Shown here piece by piece: positions 50,337-60,140 of a stretch of 64,000 bases of DNA. A model generated the notes under the pieces. It saw nothing but the letters and a program-made list of their open reading frames with translations, ran no database searches and had not been told where the DNA came from. The DNA is from a virus: positions 32,001 through 96,000 of IMG/VR virus record IMGVR_UViG_3300035181_002074; one strand, given 5' to 3'. Each line of letters opens with the position of its first letter. Position 1 is the stretch's first letter. The position numbers and the translations under genes are program-made.

Positions 50337-52014
50337 ATGTTACCTCAATCACGTTGTCAAAACTTTCCTTGATTTCGGTCGAATGATCGATTATAATCAA
50401 AGTCCCGCTTATTTTTGGCTTCAAAGCTTCAATTGCTGCACGTTTAGACTCAACATCTAGCCCATCCATGCCTTCGTCTAATATCATCCACCCTAATGGA
50501 GATCCAGTGCGTCGCTTCACTACTTCGGCAATCGCTAAATCAACGCAAAGTTCGATCGCACATTGCTGCCCACCGCTTAAACTTTTACGCGAAATGATTT
50601 CAGATTGGCGATAAAGATTAATAGCTATGTTCTTCTTAATACTACCACCCTTAGTGATCGAATTAGATTCAAATTTCAAATAAATATGATTCACATTTTC
50701 AAATGAAGTCATGAAATCGTTTGTCTTTTGCTCGATTTCGGCTAAAACATTACTAAAAATTACGGACATGAAGCCAGATTTACTAAAAATATTCGCAATA
50801 TGCTTCTGTTTTTCTAGTAATTGGCTTGATGCAATCAGCTTGGATTTTATTTCCGCTTGTTTCGAGATGTTTGCCTCATGTGTGCGTAGTCCATTTTCTT
50901 CTGACTGCAATACTTGTATAGCCATAGACAATACTTGCTGGGTTCTGGACACCTCTTGGCCGATATTCGACAGCTGGGTATTCTTTTGTGCTAAGTTTAG
51001 TTCCAATTCTGGCAATCTATCAATTTCTAGCTGCACTTTTGGGATCATATCAATTAATGCCTGACGCCTTGCCAATAATTGACCCCCTTCTGTTTGTTTT
51101 TGCTCTAGTAAAAGGGAATTGTTGTCCCATTTTTGATTACATGTAAAACATTTTTGCTCGTTCAAGTGGTTAATCTCGCTAGCCAATGACGTTAATTTCG
51201 ATGTAATGCTAGATACTTCACTAGAATATAAAACAAGGTCTCTTTGGAATCCGCGAAGCTTGTTTATTTCATTTTTACTGTTATTGATCTCAAAAATTAA
51301 TGATTCTGGCACTTGATTGTTTAATTTTGCTGCGTCGTATTTAATCTGCGCATCAGCCACTTGAGTTTTTGCTGCGGCAATGAACTCTGAGCGATCCTGA
51401 GACATATTTATGATATCACTTACGGCGGTATATGAAGATTTAAATCCTTCGGTTAATCTTTCGGTGTTTTTTAAATCTAATTCAGCTTTTTCACACGCCT
51501 TTTCTAGATCGTCCAGTCCTAACACGCTACTAAGGAAATCTTTTTTGTATTGATCATTTGAATTAACGAATCGACCAAAACTTCGTTGTGATCTATAAGT
51601 CAGAGCTTCTACAATATTTAATGGAGTTTTTAATAATTCAACTAGCTTTTCTTCCGCAGCAACAGATTGCGACACATATGGCACACCATTAATAATAAGA
51701 GAGAGTTTGGGCGTCCTGCAAATAATAAATTCATTTGTGCCGTCAGATAATGTCAACTTAACGGACATTTTATCACTATCCCAGTTTTTTAATTCCGTTG
51801 CAGGTAGATCACAGAATCCAAGAGCAAAAGCTATTGCTTGAACAATGCTAGATTTACCGGTACCAGAAGTTACAGCACAGTCGGTGCGTTTACCGGTTAA
51901 TAAAATTGTAGTAGCGGAAAATTCGATAGATGTATAATGCTTAAATGAACGAAAACCTTCTAGCTCTAACCTAACTGGACGAAGAGTCGTATTATTTTTA
52001 AGATTCTGTATCAT
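50305..52014 (-). CDS. sbcC: SbcC/Rad50/gp46 ATPase
   Basis: GTGKSS, CFTC hook, LSGGQ, ILDE, H-loop. Confidence 0.9.
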   Translation of the reverse strand: MIQNLKNNTTLRPVRLELEGFRSFKHYTSIEFSATTILLTGKRTDCAVTSGTGKSSIVQAIAFALGFCDLPATELKNWDSDKMSVKLTLSDGTNEFIICRTPKLSLIINGVPYVSQSVAAEEKLVELLKTPLNIVEALTYRSQRSFGRFVNSNDQYKKDFLSSVLGLDDLEKACEKAELDLKNTERLTEGFKSSYTAVSDIINMSQDRSEFIAAAKTQVADAQIKYDAAKLNNQVPESLIFEINNSKNEINKLRGFQRDLVLYSSEVSSITSKLTSLASEINHLNEQKCFTCNQKWDNNSLLLEQKQTEGGQLLARRQALIDMIPKVQLEIDRLPELELNLAQKNTQLSNIGQEVSRTQQVLSMAIQVLQSEENGLRTHEANISKQAEIKSKLIASSQLLEKQKHIANIFSKSGFMSVIFSNVLAEIEQKTNDFMTSFENVNHIYLKFESNSITKGGSIKKNIAINLYRQSEIISRKSLSGGQQCAIELCVDLAIAEVVKRRTGSPLGWMILDEGMDGLDVESKRAAIEALKPKISGTLIIIDHSTEIKESFDNVIEVTYDGKCSFIKA

Positions 52015-52255
52015 CTGAAGTCTCAGGGGTAAATTTATCTGAATCTTGCTGGTCAATCTCATTAATATCTGACAATCGTTCTACAGCTCTGGCCATTAGA
52101 CCGTTATCTAATCTGTCTACTACCCGAACAGTCCCTGACTTAAATACATTTGGACAAGTAGCACCGCATTTATCACATTTCCATGTTTTTAATCGGGTAC
52201 CAGCTAAAATGCCAAAAGCTCCATGATCGGGACATTCATAAGTAAATATTGGCAT
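51998..52255 (-). CDS. FmdB-like zinc-ribbon protein
   Basis: MPIFTYECPDHG...CDKCG. Confidence 0.75.
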   Translation of the reverse strand: MPIFTYECPDHGAFGILAGTRLKTWKCDKCGATCPNVFKSGTVRVVDRLDNGLMARAVERLSDINEIDQQDSDKFTPETSDDTES

Positions 52256-52256
52256 A

Positions 52257-54026
52257 TTAGTTCACCGAACCTCTATCACCAACAGCCATTTCGTACTTAC
52301 GAATCGCGTGAGCTTCTTTCGCATCTTCCTCGGTATTGCGCCCAAAAGCGATAACTCCGCCAATTGTCCCTAGAAGGGAAGCGATTGATAAACTATTACG
52401 AATTGCCTCCACCACAGCAGGAACGGAATCAAGTAATTCATGTTTTGGAACCCATTTCTCTTCCGAAATATCGAAAGCTTCATTTTCATTTTTAAGCATA
52501 GATACTAGCTGTAATTCAGTATCTGCTGCATTATATCCATAATTCTTATAAATTGCACGAACTGGTTCAAGTAAAGCATCAGACAATGCAAGCATAGCCA
52601 ATCTTGCAACGTTACCATACGCGGTTGATGTGCTCATGCCCAATAATTCAGAAGACAGCTTAACTAATACGAACCCACCACCGGGACATGCTCCACTTTT
52701 AATTGCGCCACGAATAGCCATCCAAGCATCTTCAGCGCGGTCTCTTTTTTCTCTAGTTTCACCTTGAGAAGAACCGTAAATATTTAAACGCGCAATGCCG
52801 CTAGTAAGTTTTCCAATACGAACAGGGATAACTCGTTTTTCGTATTCAGATTCAGCTTTGGATAGCTGAGCCTTTAATTCATCAACACGCATTTGAATTG
52901 CTTCCAAGTCTTCTTTGGCAACAATAGAAGTCTTAAATCTCGATGCCTCAAAAGAAATCACTTTATTGTTTCTGTAGATAGATTCAGCGTTTACATCTGC
53001 AAATGGGCGATCAATCGGATTAAATACCGGACACCCAGTATAAGCTTGCATGTCGTACAGTGTTTGAGTAGAGTGGTTTCTTAAACCATTCTGCTCAGTA
53101 GCAACTGGGTATAACTTAACGTCAGATTTCCCGTTATTCCAGTTAAAGTGTAATGAACCAAGCACAGAATCATTAAATCCATGGGCTACAAGAGCTATTG
53201 CAATTGGCTGATTATTTTCTCTGGCGTAGTTCGCTAGCACATCAATACCTGTGGTAATTTGACTCAGATCATTGATAATACCGTCATATAAAACAATGAT
53301 TGGTTTATCCATTTTTACGGCAGTGCCGCCACGATCATTCACAAACCCGTTACTAAAATTACGACAAGACTCTTCATGGCCAGTTTCTACAGTGTAGCCA
53401 TGGATTCTTTCAACTTTATATTGTGAACCTTCGGTACCATCTCCGCGTTCTACGATGGTCATGTTTCCTTCATCGCCAACAACATTGAAGGCTTCAATTA
53501 CTGCATCCGCTAAAGCTTCATCACCATTGCCAGATAGAATTGCAACACGTCTTAGAATTGATTCATTATTGGCATCAATAGAGTGGGATTTAACCTTTTG
53601 CTCAATAAACGGCATCAGTTTCTGTAACTCCCGCACTATTCTTTGGGGGCTCAATTTACTATTAGTTTTAATGATATGATTTACATGCCTCGTAATGGCC
53701 GCAGAAAGGATTGTAGCGGTGGTAGTCCCATCGCCAGCGTCAATGGCAGTTCGCCCCGCTGCGTCACGCGCAGCCTCTAGAATAAGCTGTTGGATAGAGT
53801 CTTGATAGCCAAGATTACGGATCACTGTAACGCCATCTTTGGTGATGATGGGTTTCATTCCGATTTCTGCTCGCTCAATGAGTACTTGTCGCCCACCGGG
53901 CCCTAATGTATGGCCAGCCATTTCGGCCATATTATCCAATGTGCGTATAACGACATCATCCAGACTGTCTGAGGCTGGTAACATAATTTTTGCTGCTGAT
54001 TTAGGCTTCATTGCTTGAAAAGACAT
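52257..54026 (-). CDS. groEL: chaperonin GroEL
   Basis: TLGPGG, ITKDGVTV, AGDGTTTAT, EKRDRAEDA, PGGG. Confidence 0.95.
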   Translation of the reverse strand: MSFQAMKPKSAAKIMLPASDSLDDVVIRTLDNMAEMAGHTLGPGGRQVLIERAEIGMKPIITKDGVTVIRNLGYQDSIQQLILEAARDAAGRTAIDAGDGTTTATILSAAITRHVNHIIKTNSKLSPQRIVRELQKLMPFIEQKVKSHSIDANNESILRRVAILSGNGDEALADAVIEAFNVVGDEGNMTIVERGDGTEGSQYKVERIHGYTVETGHEESCRNFSNGFVNDRGGTAVKMDKPIIVLYDGIINDLSQITTGIDVLANYARENNQPIAIALVAHGFNDSVLGSLHFNWNNGKSDVKLYPVATEQNGLRNHSTQTLYDMQAYTGCPVFNPIDRPFADVNAESIYRNNKVISFEASRFKTSIVAKEDLEAIQMRVDELKAQLSKAESEYEKRVIPVRIGKLTSGIARLNIYGSSQGETREKRDRAEDAWMAIRGAIKSGACPGGGFVLVKLSSELLGMSTSTAYGNVARLAMLALSDALLEPVRAIYKNYGYNAADTELQLVSMLKNENEAFDISEEKWVPKHELLDSVPAVVEAIRNSLSIASLLGTIGGVIAFGRNTEEDAKEAHAIRKYEMAVGDRGSVN

Positions 54027-54056
54027 TTGTGATTCTCCAGTACTATACTACCATAA

Positions 54057-55136
54057 CTATCCGTGCTGTCTGAGCATTTTAATATATAATCTCGATTGCC
54101 AGTCAGGGTCGCTCTTATCAATATAGTTTTTATCGGATTTGTTAATAAGCTCAGGCTTGTTGAAATACATTACCTGCTCGTCTGGTAAGCATTCAATATC
54201 GGTATTGATATAGTATTGTGTTCCTAATATGTCAAGACCTTCTTTGTCACCAATTTCTGCCTTTAATTTCAATTGCTTATACATATCCTTCACTTCGAAA
54301 TCATAAATCAACGGATGAGTATCGGATTGTTCTGACACATATTGATCATAAAGATTTGCAAACGGATTCGGGGTTTCAATCTCTTCGAGTGATAAAGGCG
54401 ATGGTATCATTCCCGCTTTGTAGCCTTCTTCCAATCCCATCCCAATCGCATAGCAATTTTTCATCGCTTTGATTCGAGCTTCTTCACTGCGACCTAATTT
54501 TTCTAGTACAGAGTTTTGTATCACTTCAGGTCTATTTAATCTTGAATATTCAAATACATTCAATGGTATGGCATCGAAATTAATAGTTTCTGTAGGTGGC
54601 CTAAAGTCAAATCTGAAAGGCTTATTTTTACGAGAATTAGGATTAACTTTAACCGCCGGAACCGTATAACCATTTTTTGCTATGATTCTGTGACAACGAA
54701 TAATGCGAAAGGTTAAACGTTTCTTAAGAGTCGTCAATACCACTTTTTCACCTTTATCATCAACCATCATTTCCAGTGTTTCTGGATCTCTTTGAATTAT
54801 TGGTGTATGTCGAATACCGTCATGATATTCGGTAGTTATAAACCCCTGCTTTTCTAGCTGGGCAATATATGTTGTAATTTGTCTTGCGCTTACGCCGATT
54901 AGCTTAGCCAAGTCTGCATTCTTAAATACACAATCACCTTTTCGCTCCCACGCACGAACCTCAAGTAACTGTAAACATTTATTCAGATTATTATTACGCT
55001 TCCCTCGCTTATTAAAATGAACGCGACGATACGGAACGTAATTAATTGTATTAAAGGCAACATGACGCTCGACTTCGGTTAAGCCGCGTATCTTACGTTT
55101 ATAAGGAACCTCTTCAATTTTCTTACTCATACTCAT
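54057..55136 (-). CDS. winged-helix DNA-binding protein, putative replication initiator
   Basis: NADLAKLIGVSARQITTYIAQLEKQGFI; adjacent to the candidate origin. Confidence 0.65.
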   Translation of the reverse strand: MSMSKKIEEVPYKRKIRGLTEVERHVAFNTINYVPYRRVHFNKRGKRNNNLNKCLQLLEVRAWERKGDCVFKNADLAKLIGVSARQITTYIAQLEKQGFITTEYHDGIRHTPIIQRDPETLEMMVDDKGEKVVLTTLKKRLTFRIIRCHRIIAKNGYTVPAVKVNPNSRKNKPFRFDFRPPTETINFDAIPLNVFEYSRLNRPEVIQNSVLEKLGRSEEARIKAMKNCYAIGMGLEEGYKAGMIPSPLSLEEIETPNPFANLYDQYVSEQSDTHPLIYDFEVKDMYKQLKLKAEIGDKEGLDILGTQYYINTDIECLPDEQVMYFNKPELINKSDKNYIDKSDPDWQSRLYIKMLRQHG

Positions 55137-55153
55137 AATCATACTACCATAGA

Positions 55154-55250
55154 AAATAATTCTTCTACCAATAAGGATTAAACTATTATTATATTATATA
55201 TTATAAAGAAAGAATGGTATATTAAATCCTTATTCATAGAACAATTATTT
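55154..55250. repeat. 29-bp imperfect inverted repeat (25/29) flanking an AT-rich core; candidate origin
   Basis: Arms at 55154-55182 and 55222-55250. Confidence 0.7.
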
Positions 55251-55336
55251 ATTTAAAAGAGCCAATTATCCTAAAAAGCGAAGTAATCTCAGGTTCCGCC
55301 CCAATTAATGTTGTTTTTATGGTACTATTAATGTAG

Positions 55337-56797
55337 ATGGATAAAATGATTTTAACTGAACCTACACGTCTTTTATTACCTTCCGATTCGGAAGAAGTAA
55401 AACGTTTTCTTACTTATCAAGACAAGCAAGTGCAGTTTCAGGTATCCAGAATGAAAAGAAATTTCAGATGGAAAGCATCTGACCCTGAAAAATACATCGA
55501 ACAGATGAATAAGCTCAAAGAAGAAACAAAACAATGTTTGATTCAGTATGAGAATGGACAAGCATATACTTTTTCAGGACTGTGGAAAGATTTACATAAT
55601 CGGTTTGGATGGGAAGTTGAAAATAGAATTGAGTACCCAGTTGAACCAAGAGATATTCCATGGAAGACACCACCGAAATATGATCTCAGGTATTACCAAG
55701 AAAATGCGGTAAATGCTTTATTAGCTGCTCGACATGCAGCTATTTCACTCCCGACAGGTAGCGGGAAATCTGCCGTAATATCTTCTATTTGCAAAAGAAA
55801 TCCCGTCAAAACCGTGATCATGGCTCCTCTTGCTAGTATTGCCGAGCAACTATATCAACAGTTTTTAAGTCAGTTCGGCAAGAAATACGTTGGCAAGTTT
55901 GGTGACGGTAAAAAAGAATCTGATAAATTATTTACGGTAGCCGTAGCCCAATCTCTAACACGAATTGAAAAAGGTTCCAAAGCGTGGACAGATTTTCAAA
56001 AGGTAGATCAATTCATATCGGATGAATCACATACGGTACCAGCGGATACTTTTGAGGCAGTATGTTCTGATCTTCTGAAAAACGCACCCAATAGATTCTT
56101 TGTATCAGCTACTCAGCTGCGTAGCGACGGCTCCGAATTACTGTTAAAAGGAATCACCGGTCCTATCGTGTACAGTAAAGGTTTCCGTGATCTAGTGGAT
56201 GAAGGATTTCTAGCTAATCCAATTTTTAAGATTTTTAAAGTACCCTGCACTTATGGGGTAGGACGAAAAGACGCCAAAGAAGAAACCCGACTTCAGTTAT
56301 ACCGTAATCCATCGGTTAATGCTCTAGCCGCTAAGATTGCTGCCCAGATGGTGAATTCCTTAAACTTGCAAGTTATTATTTTAATTGATGAATTTAAGCA
56401 ATTTGAATTACTTAAGAATTACTTAACGGTGCCATTTTCATTTGCTCATGGCGGTGCAACAGCTGATCATAAAGAGTTTTTACCGGAAGAATATTGGAAA
56501 CCAGATAATGAACAAATTGTAAAAGATTTTAATTCTGGAAAAATTAGATGTTTGATTGGTACCAGTGCTATTTCTACCGGAGTAGATTTACTTCCAGTCG
56601 GATGCGTGATTTATCTTCAAGGTGGGACGTCGGAAATTAAGGTTAAGCAAGGAATTGGCAGGGGGACTCGTCTAGTGGAAGGCAAAAAAGATTTTTATGT
56701 AGTCGATTTCTTGGTTGAAGGAAGCCCCACGATGGAGCGGCATCTAGCAGAAAGGAAGGAAATCTATGAGTGCATGGGACCAGTCACCGAACACTAA
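55337..56797 (+). CDS. SF2 helicase (UvsW-like)
   Basis: PTGSGKS, DESH, SAT, Q.IGRG.R. Confidence 0.92.
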   Translation: MDKMILTEPTRLLLPSDSEEVKRFLTYQDKQVQFQVSRMKRNFRWKASDPEKYIEQMNKLKEETKQCLIQYENGQAYTFSGLWKDLHNRFGWEVENRIEYPVEPRDIPWKTPPKYDLRYYQENAVNALLAARHAAISLPTGSGKSAVISSICKRNPVKTVIMAPLASIAEQLYQQFLSQFGKKYVGKFGDGKKESDKLFTVAVAQSLTRIEKGSKAWTDFQKVDQFISDESHTVPADTFEAVCSDLLKNAPNRFFVSATQLRSDGSELLLKGITGPIVYSKGFRDLVDEGFLANPIFKIFKVPCTYGVGRKDAKEETRLQLYRNPSVNALAAKIAAQMVNSLNLQVIILIDEFKQFELLKNYLTVPFSFAHGGATADHKEFLPEEYWKPDNEQIVKDFNSGKIRCLIGTSAISTGVDLLPVGCVIYLQGGTSEIKVKQGIGRGTRLVEGKKDFYVVDFLVEGSPTMERHLAERKEIYECMGPVTEH

Positions 56798-57773
56798 AGA
56801 CCACTTTCAAAAGTTTGTAAAAAATATGAACAAGATCCTCAGAGATCTTGAAGCTAATGGTTTAGATATTCAAAAGAATTTATTAAATGATTTGTACAGT
56901 AGAGAATGTCAATTTAGGGATATTCTTGGCAAATCACGAGTAGGCAATGAGACTTATTCCGCTTTTGTGAAATTTATCATGGAAGAACAGGGCAATTCCC
57001 TTAAAAGTCGTATTTATTTTAGAGAAAGACAAAATGTTTTCTCTTCTAAGGTGGCTAAAGCTCTAAAAGGCAACGATATTGAGGCTATTAAGAAATTTAA
57101 GATTAATTATCAGTTTTGCAGGTGGGTAATCAATCGAAAAAACCCCAAATTGCCAAAATCATTAACAAAATTGTATGATAAAATTGTTGAATTGCGTAAA
57201 AACGTGTGCGAGCAATCTTTACCGTCCGCAATTCATAAGTCTAAAATTTTTTACTATGGAGTTAGTCATTCTCAGTTGAGCTATATGGATATGATTCAGC
57301 TATCAACTGAAGGTCTTTTAACGGCCATTGATAAATTTGAATTACCGTATCAGGATAACTTTGGTAACGTGGTCTATGGCCGTATGACTTTGCAAGTGGC
57401 TGATGCCCATAATGACACAATGCTAAAAATTCCTGCAAATGATCGCCGTATCTTGCAAAGAGTTAAAAGGGCGAGACAGAAATTTACGGACGATGCTGAC
57501 ATTTTAAAATTTGTGAAAGAGTCATTTCCGTCTGCCAGCGTGGAGCAGATTAATCAAGTCTTGAGCGCAGAATTACCTTCTGCATTGGATAGCGGTGACG
57601 ATGAAACACAAAAAATAGTGGATAAAATGTCTACAGGTGAAACGCCGGAGAGCACCGCCGTTCTTGTAGATAATAGGCAAAAATTATTGTTTGCGATGCA
57701 AAAATTAAATTACGTAGAATCAAAAACGGTCACCCTTAAGTTTGGTGATACAATTTATTTATTGATTAAATAG
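56766..57773 (+). CDS. phage sigma70-family factor lacking region 4.2
   Basis: DMIQ...EGLLTAIDKFE (region 2); ends shortly after KLNYVESKTVTLKFG (region 4.1). Confidence 0.8.
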   Translation: MSAWDQSPNTKDHFQKFVKNMNKILRDLEANGLDIQKNLLNDLYSRECQFRDILGKSRVGNETYSAFVKFIMEEQGNSLKSRIYFRERQNVFSSKVAKALKGNDIEAIKKFKINYQFCRWVINRKNPKLPKSLTKLYDKIVELRKNVCEQSLPSAIHKSKIFYYGVSHSQLSYMDMIQLSTEGLLTAIDKFELPYQDNFGNVVYGRMTLQVADAHNDTMLKIPANDRRILQRVKRARQKFTDDADILKFVKESFPSASVEQINQVLSAELPSALDSGDDETQKIVDKMSTGETPESTAVLVDNRQKLLFAMQKLNYVESKTVTLKFGDTIYLLIK

Positions 57774-57781
57774 GAGTATAT

Positions 57782-58072
57782 ATGATTAAGACTGTTAATA
57801 AGCTTGTAGCAACATTACCCCCAGTTGTAGATAAATTAGAAGAGAAAAGATCTGCCGGTGGATTAATGCTGCCGGGTCAAAAAACCTCGCTGATTGAGTT
57901 AACATTGGTATTTGCATATGAACTTGGCGGCAAGGTATATCCTAAAGGATCTAAAATTCTTGTAAACGGTGAAATCGTTGGATTTGATTATGCCAAGCGG
58001 GTGTATTCATTTAAGACCGATCATTTTGTTTTAATCCCTGAAGAACGAATCGTGGCAATCAATGAAGAATAA
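57782..58072 (+). CDS. groES: co-chaperonin GroES-like protein
   Basis: EEKRSAGGLMLPG mobile loop; LIPEERIVA ending; 96 aa. Confidence 0.75.
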   Translation: MIKTVNKLVATLPPVVDKLEEKRSAGGLMLPGQKTSLIELTLVFAYELGGKVYPKGSKILVNGEIVGFDYAKRVYSFKTDHFVLIPEERIVAINEE

Positions 58073-59066
58073 CATATTATTTATTGGTGACATGCATGTT
58101 AAGAAAGATAATCTAATTGAATCAGACAGATTAATTGATTTTGCTATTGAGACTGCTGTTGAGAATAACGCATATATTATATTTTCTGGTGATCAGTATA
58201 ATGATCACAGTATCATTCACGCATCGGTTTTAGATTTTTGGAAAAAAGCGTATGCGAAAATCAAAGCGGTTGATATTGATTCGTGTTCATTAGTCGGCAA
58301 TCATGATCTTTCATCCGACTATAAGCACAGCCCAATGTTCAGTCATTCTGATTATACTAAAGTAATACTGGAGCCTTGTCAAATCAGTCGTAATATTGGT
58401 GGCGTTGGATACGTGAAGAACCACGAGGATTTTATCACGCAGGTAATGGGGCTTTATAATGGCGGAGTTAGGTTAGTTTTTTGTCATGCAGAGTTTGATG
58501 GAGCTTCCTTTGATAATGGGTTTTATATCCCCAATGGTATTAAAATCAGTGATTTCCCGTCTGATTTAACTTTTGTTTCTGGTCATATTCACAGTCGTCA
58601 AGAATTATCCTCGAATGGGGTAGTCCGTGTTTACTACTCTGGCACCCCAAGAATGCTTACTAGATCTGATCTAAGCAAGGAAAAAACGATTATGCTGATT
58701 GATCCTTCTAATGTCAATAAAGTAAGATACATTCCAGTTCCTCCTCATGTATGTGAGCCGTTCACTCATGTAGTCGTAACATGTCTAGAAGATCTAGCTA
58801 ATATTCCTGACTCTGATCGTTCCTATGTAGATATTAAAGGTTCAAAAGAGTTTATCGCCAGTGTAATTGATAAAATTCCCGAAAGTGTTAAGGTCAGAAC
58901 CATTCCTGATACTGAGAAGCTAGTCGCTAGCTCCATTAACGAGACAGACGGTATTAATGTAGCTTTTGCTGGATATCTGAATGAATACATTAAAGAGCAT
59001 AAGATCGAAGATGATCAATTCTTGACCCAAATATTTGATTACTTGCCAAGCTGGAGGAACGCATGA
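58062..59066 (+). CDS. sbcD: SbcD/Mre11/gp47 nuclease
   Basis: GDMH, GD, GNHD, HAE, SGHIH, YSGTP. Confidence 0.88.
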   Translation: MKNNILFIGDMHVKKDNLIESDRLIDFAIETAVENNAYIIFSGDQYNDHSIIHASVLDFWKKAYAKIKAVDIDSCSLVGNHDLSSDYKHSPMFSHSDYTKVILEPCQISRNIGGVGYVKNHEDFITQVMGLYNGGVRLVFCHAEFDGASFDNGFYIPNGIKISDFPSDLTFVSGHIHSRQELSSNGVVRVYYSGTPRMLTRSDLSKEKTIMLIDPSNVNKVRYIPVPPHVCEPFTHVVVTCLEDLANIPDSDRSYVDIKGSKEFIASVIDKIPESVKVRTIPDTEKLVASSINETDGINVAFAGYLNEYIKEHKIEDDQFLTQIFDYLPSWRNA

Positions 59067-59365
59067 ACCCAATAGATCAATTGAAATATCTGAAGACGTT
59101 AACTATCACTACGAACTCAGTTCATGATGCTCAAATTCATCAACTGAAAAACTACCCGCTGGTAATCCCTAATATTTTAAGTGCAACCGTCAGTATTGAT
59201 ATCGAAACTAAGCTTATCGAATATAACTTGACCTTTAAGGATGATAAGGCTCCGCGCAAGACCAAAGCATTAAAAAAGAGTTTAACTAGTATCACCCAAT
59301 GGGTGCAGTACATCTTATGGGACGACGCTAATGTTGTCTTTAAGAATCACGAAATCAAATTATGA
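59063..59365 (+). CDS. hypothetical protein; contains CCTAATATT at 59168-59176
   Basis: Coupled ORF. Confidence 0.6.
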   Translation: MNPIDQLKYLKTLTITTNSVHDAQIHQLKNYPLVIPNILSATVSIDIETKLIEYNLTFKDDKAPRKTKALKKSLTSITQWVQYILWDDANVVFKNHEIKL

Positions 59366-59997
59366 GTAATGAATTAATTGACATCACGCCAGAGGAAACT
59401 TTTGAAGATAAAGCAAAAAGGTTATTATCGATTCCCGATAATAATATGCTAGTTGCGTATATCGAAGCCGGTAAGCATCCTCTTGCTCCAGAAACCGCAT
59501 CCAACTTTTATGGCCTATTCCTTACTGGTAACTCGGTAGGTGAAATTCATCGCCTAAACAAGGCTTTTCCGTATGAATCAATCTTATGGGCTGCAATTAA
59601 GTATGACTGGCACCAGAAACGCGATGAATACGCTTTAGAGTTACAGTCACAGACAGCACAAAAAGTAATGCATGCCCAATTAGAGACAGCGGGACTAATG
59701 TCTGATCTGCTTATTGCATCGACGAAAAAGCACGGGGCGAGAATCAAGAAATATTTACAGTCAGGTAACGAAGCTGATCTTGGCGACGGGTTAAGTATTG
59801 ATTCCTTGCAAAATTTAATGCGTATTGCTGAAAGTCTCCAAAAAGTGACTGGTCAGGCTAATACAGTTAAAGTTAAAACAGAAAACGTTAACACCCAGAA
59901 TGTGAATGTAAGTCTCACCTCGGATGGTAAATCGATGGATGCAGATACCGCTGCAGCAATTTTAAAAGTCGTAGCTGAATCTAGGAAGGGGAAATAA
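59362..59997 (+). CDS. probable terminase small subunit
   Basis: HTH-like segment with W..+Y.W..+R; upstream of TerL. Confidence 0.55.
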   Translation: MSNELIDITPEETFEDKAKRLLSIPDNNMLVAYIEAGKHPLAPETASNFYGLFLTGNSVGEIHRLNKAFPYESILWAAIKYDWHQKRDEYALELQSQTAQKVMHAQLETAGLMSDLLIASTKKHGARIKKYLQSGNEADLGDGLSIDSLQNLMRIAESLQKVTGQANTVKVKTENVNTQNVNVSLTSDGKSMDADTAAAILKVVAESRKGK

Positions 59998-60140
59998 TGA
60001 AGAATTGTAAAAGTTCAACCTGTCTCCAGATAAACCCCCAGCCGTTTGAAGAATTTTATAATACCAATAGATTTAAGGATAGCGCAGTTATATTACATAA
60101 TGCCTTGGAATATATAAAACGGCATCAATTAGGTGTTTAA
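59997..60140 (+). pseudogene. internally deleted endonuclease VII-type homing endonuclease remnant (47 aa)
   Basis: C..C..P..EFY start fused to an FKDS..L.NA.EYIK end. Confidence 0.55.
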
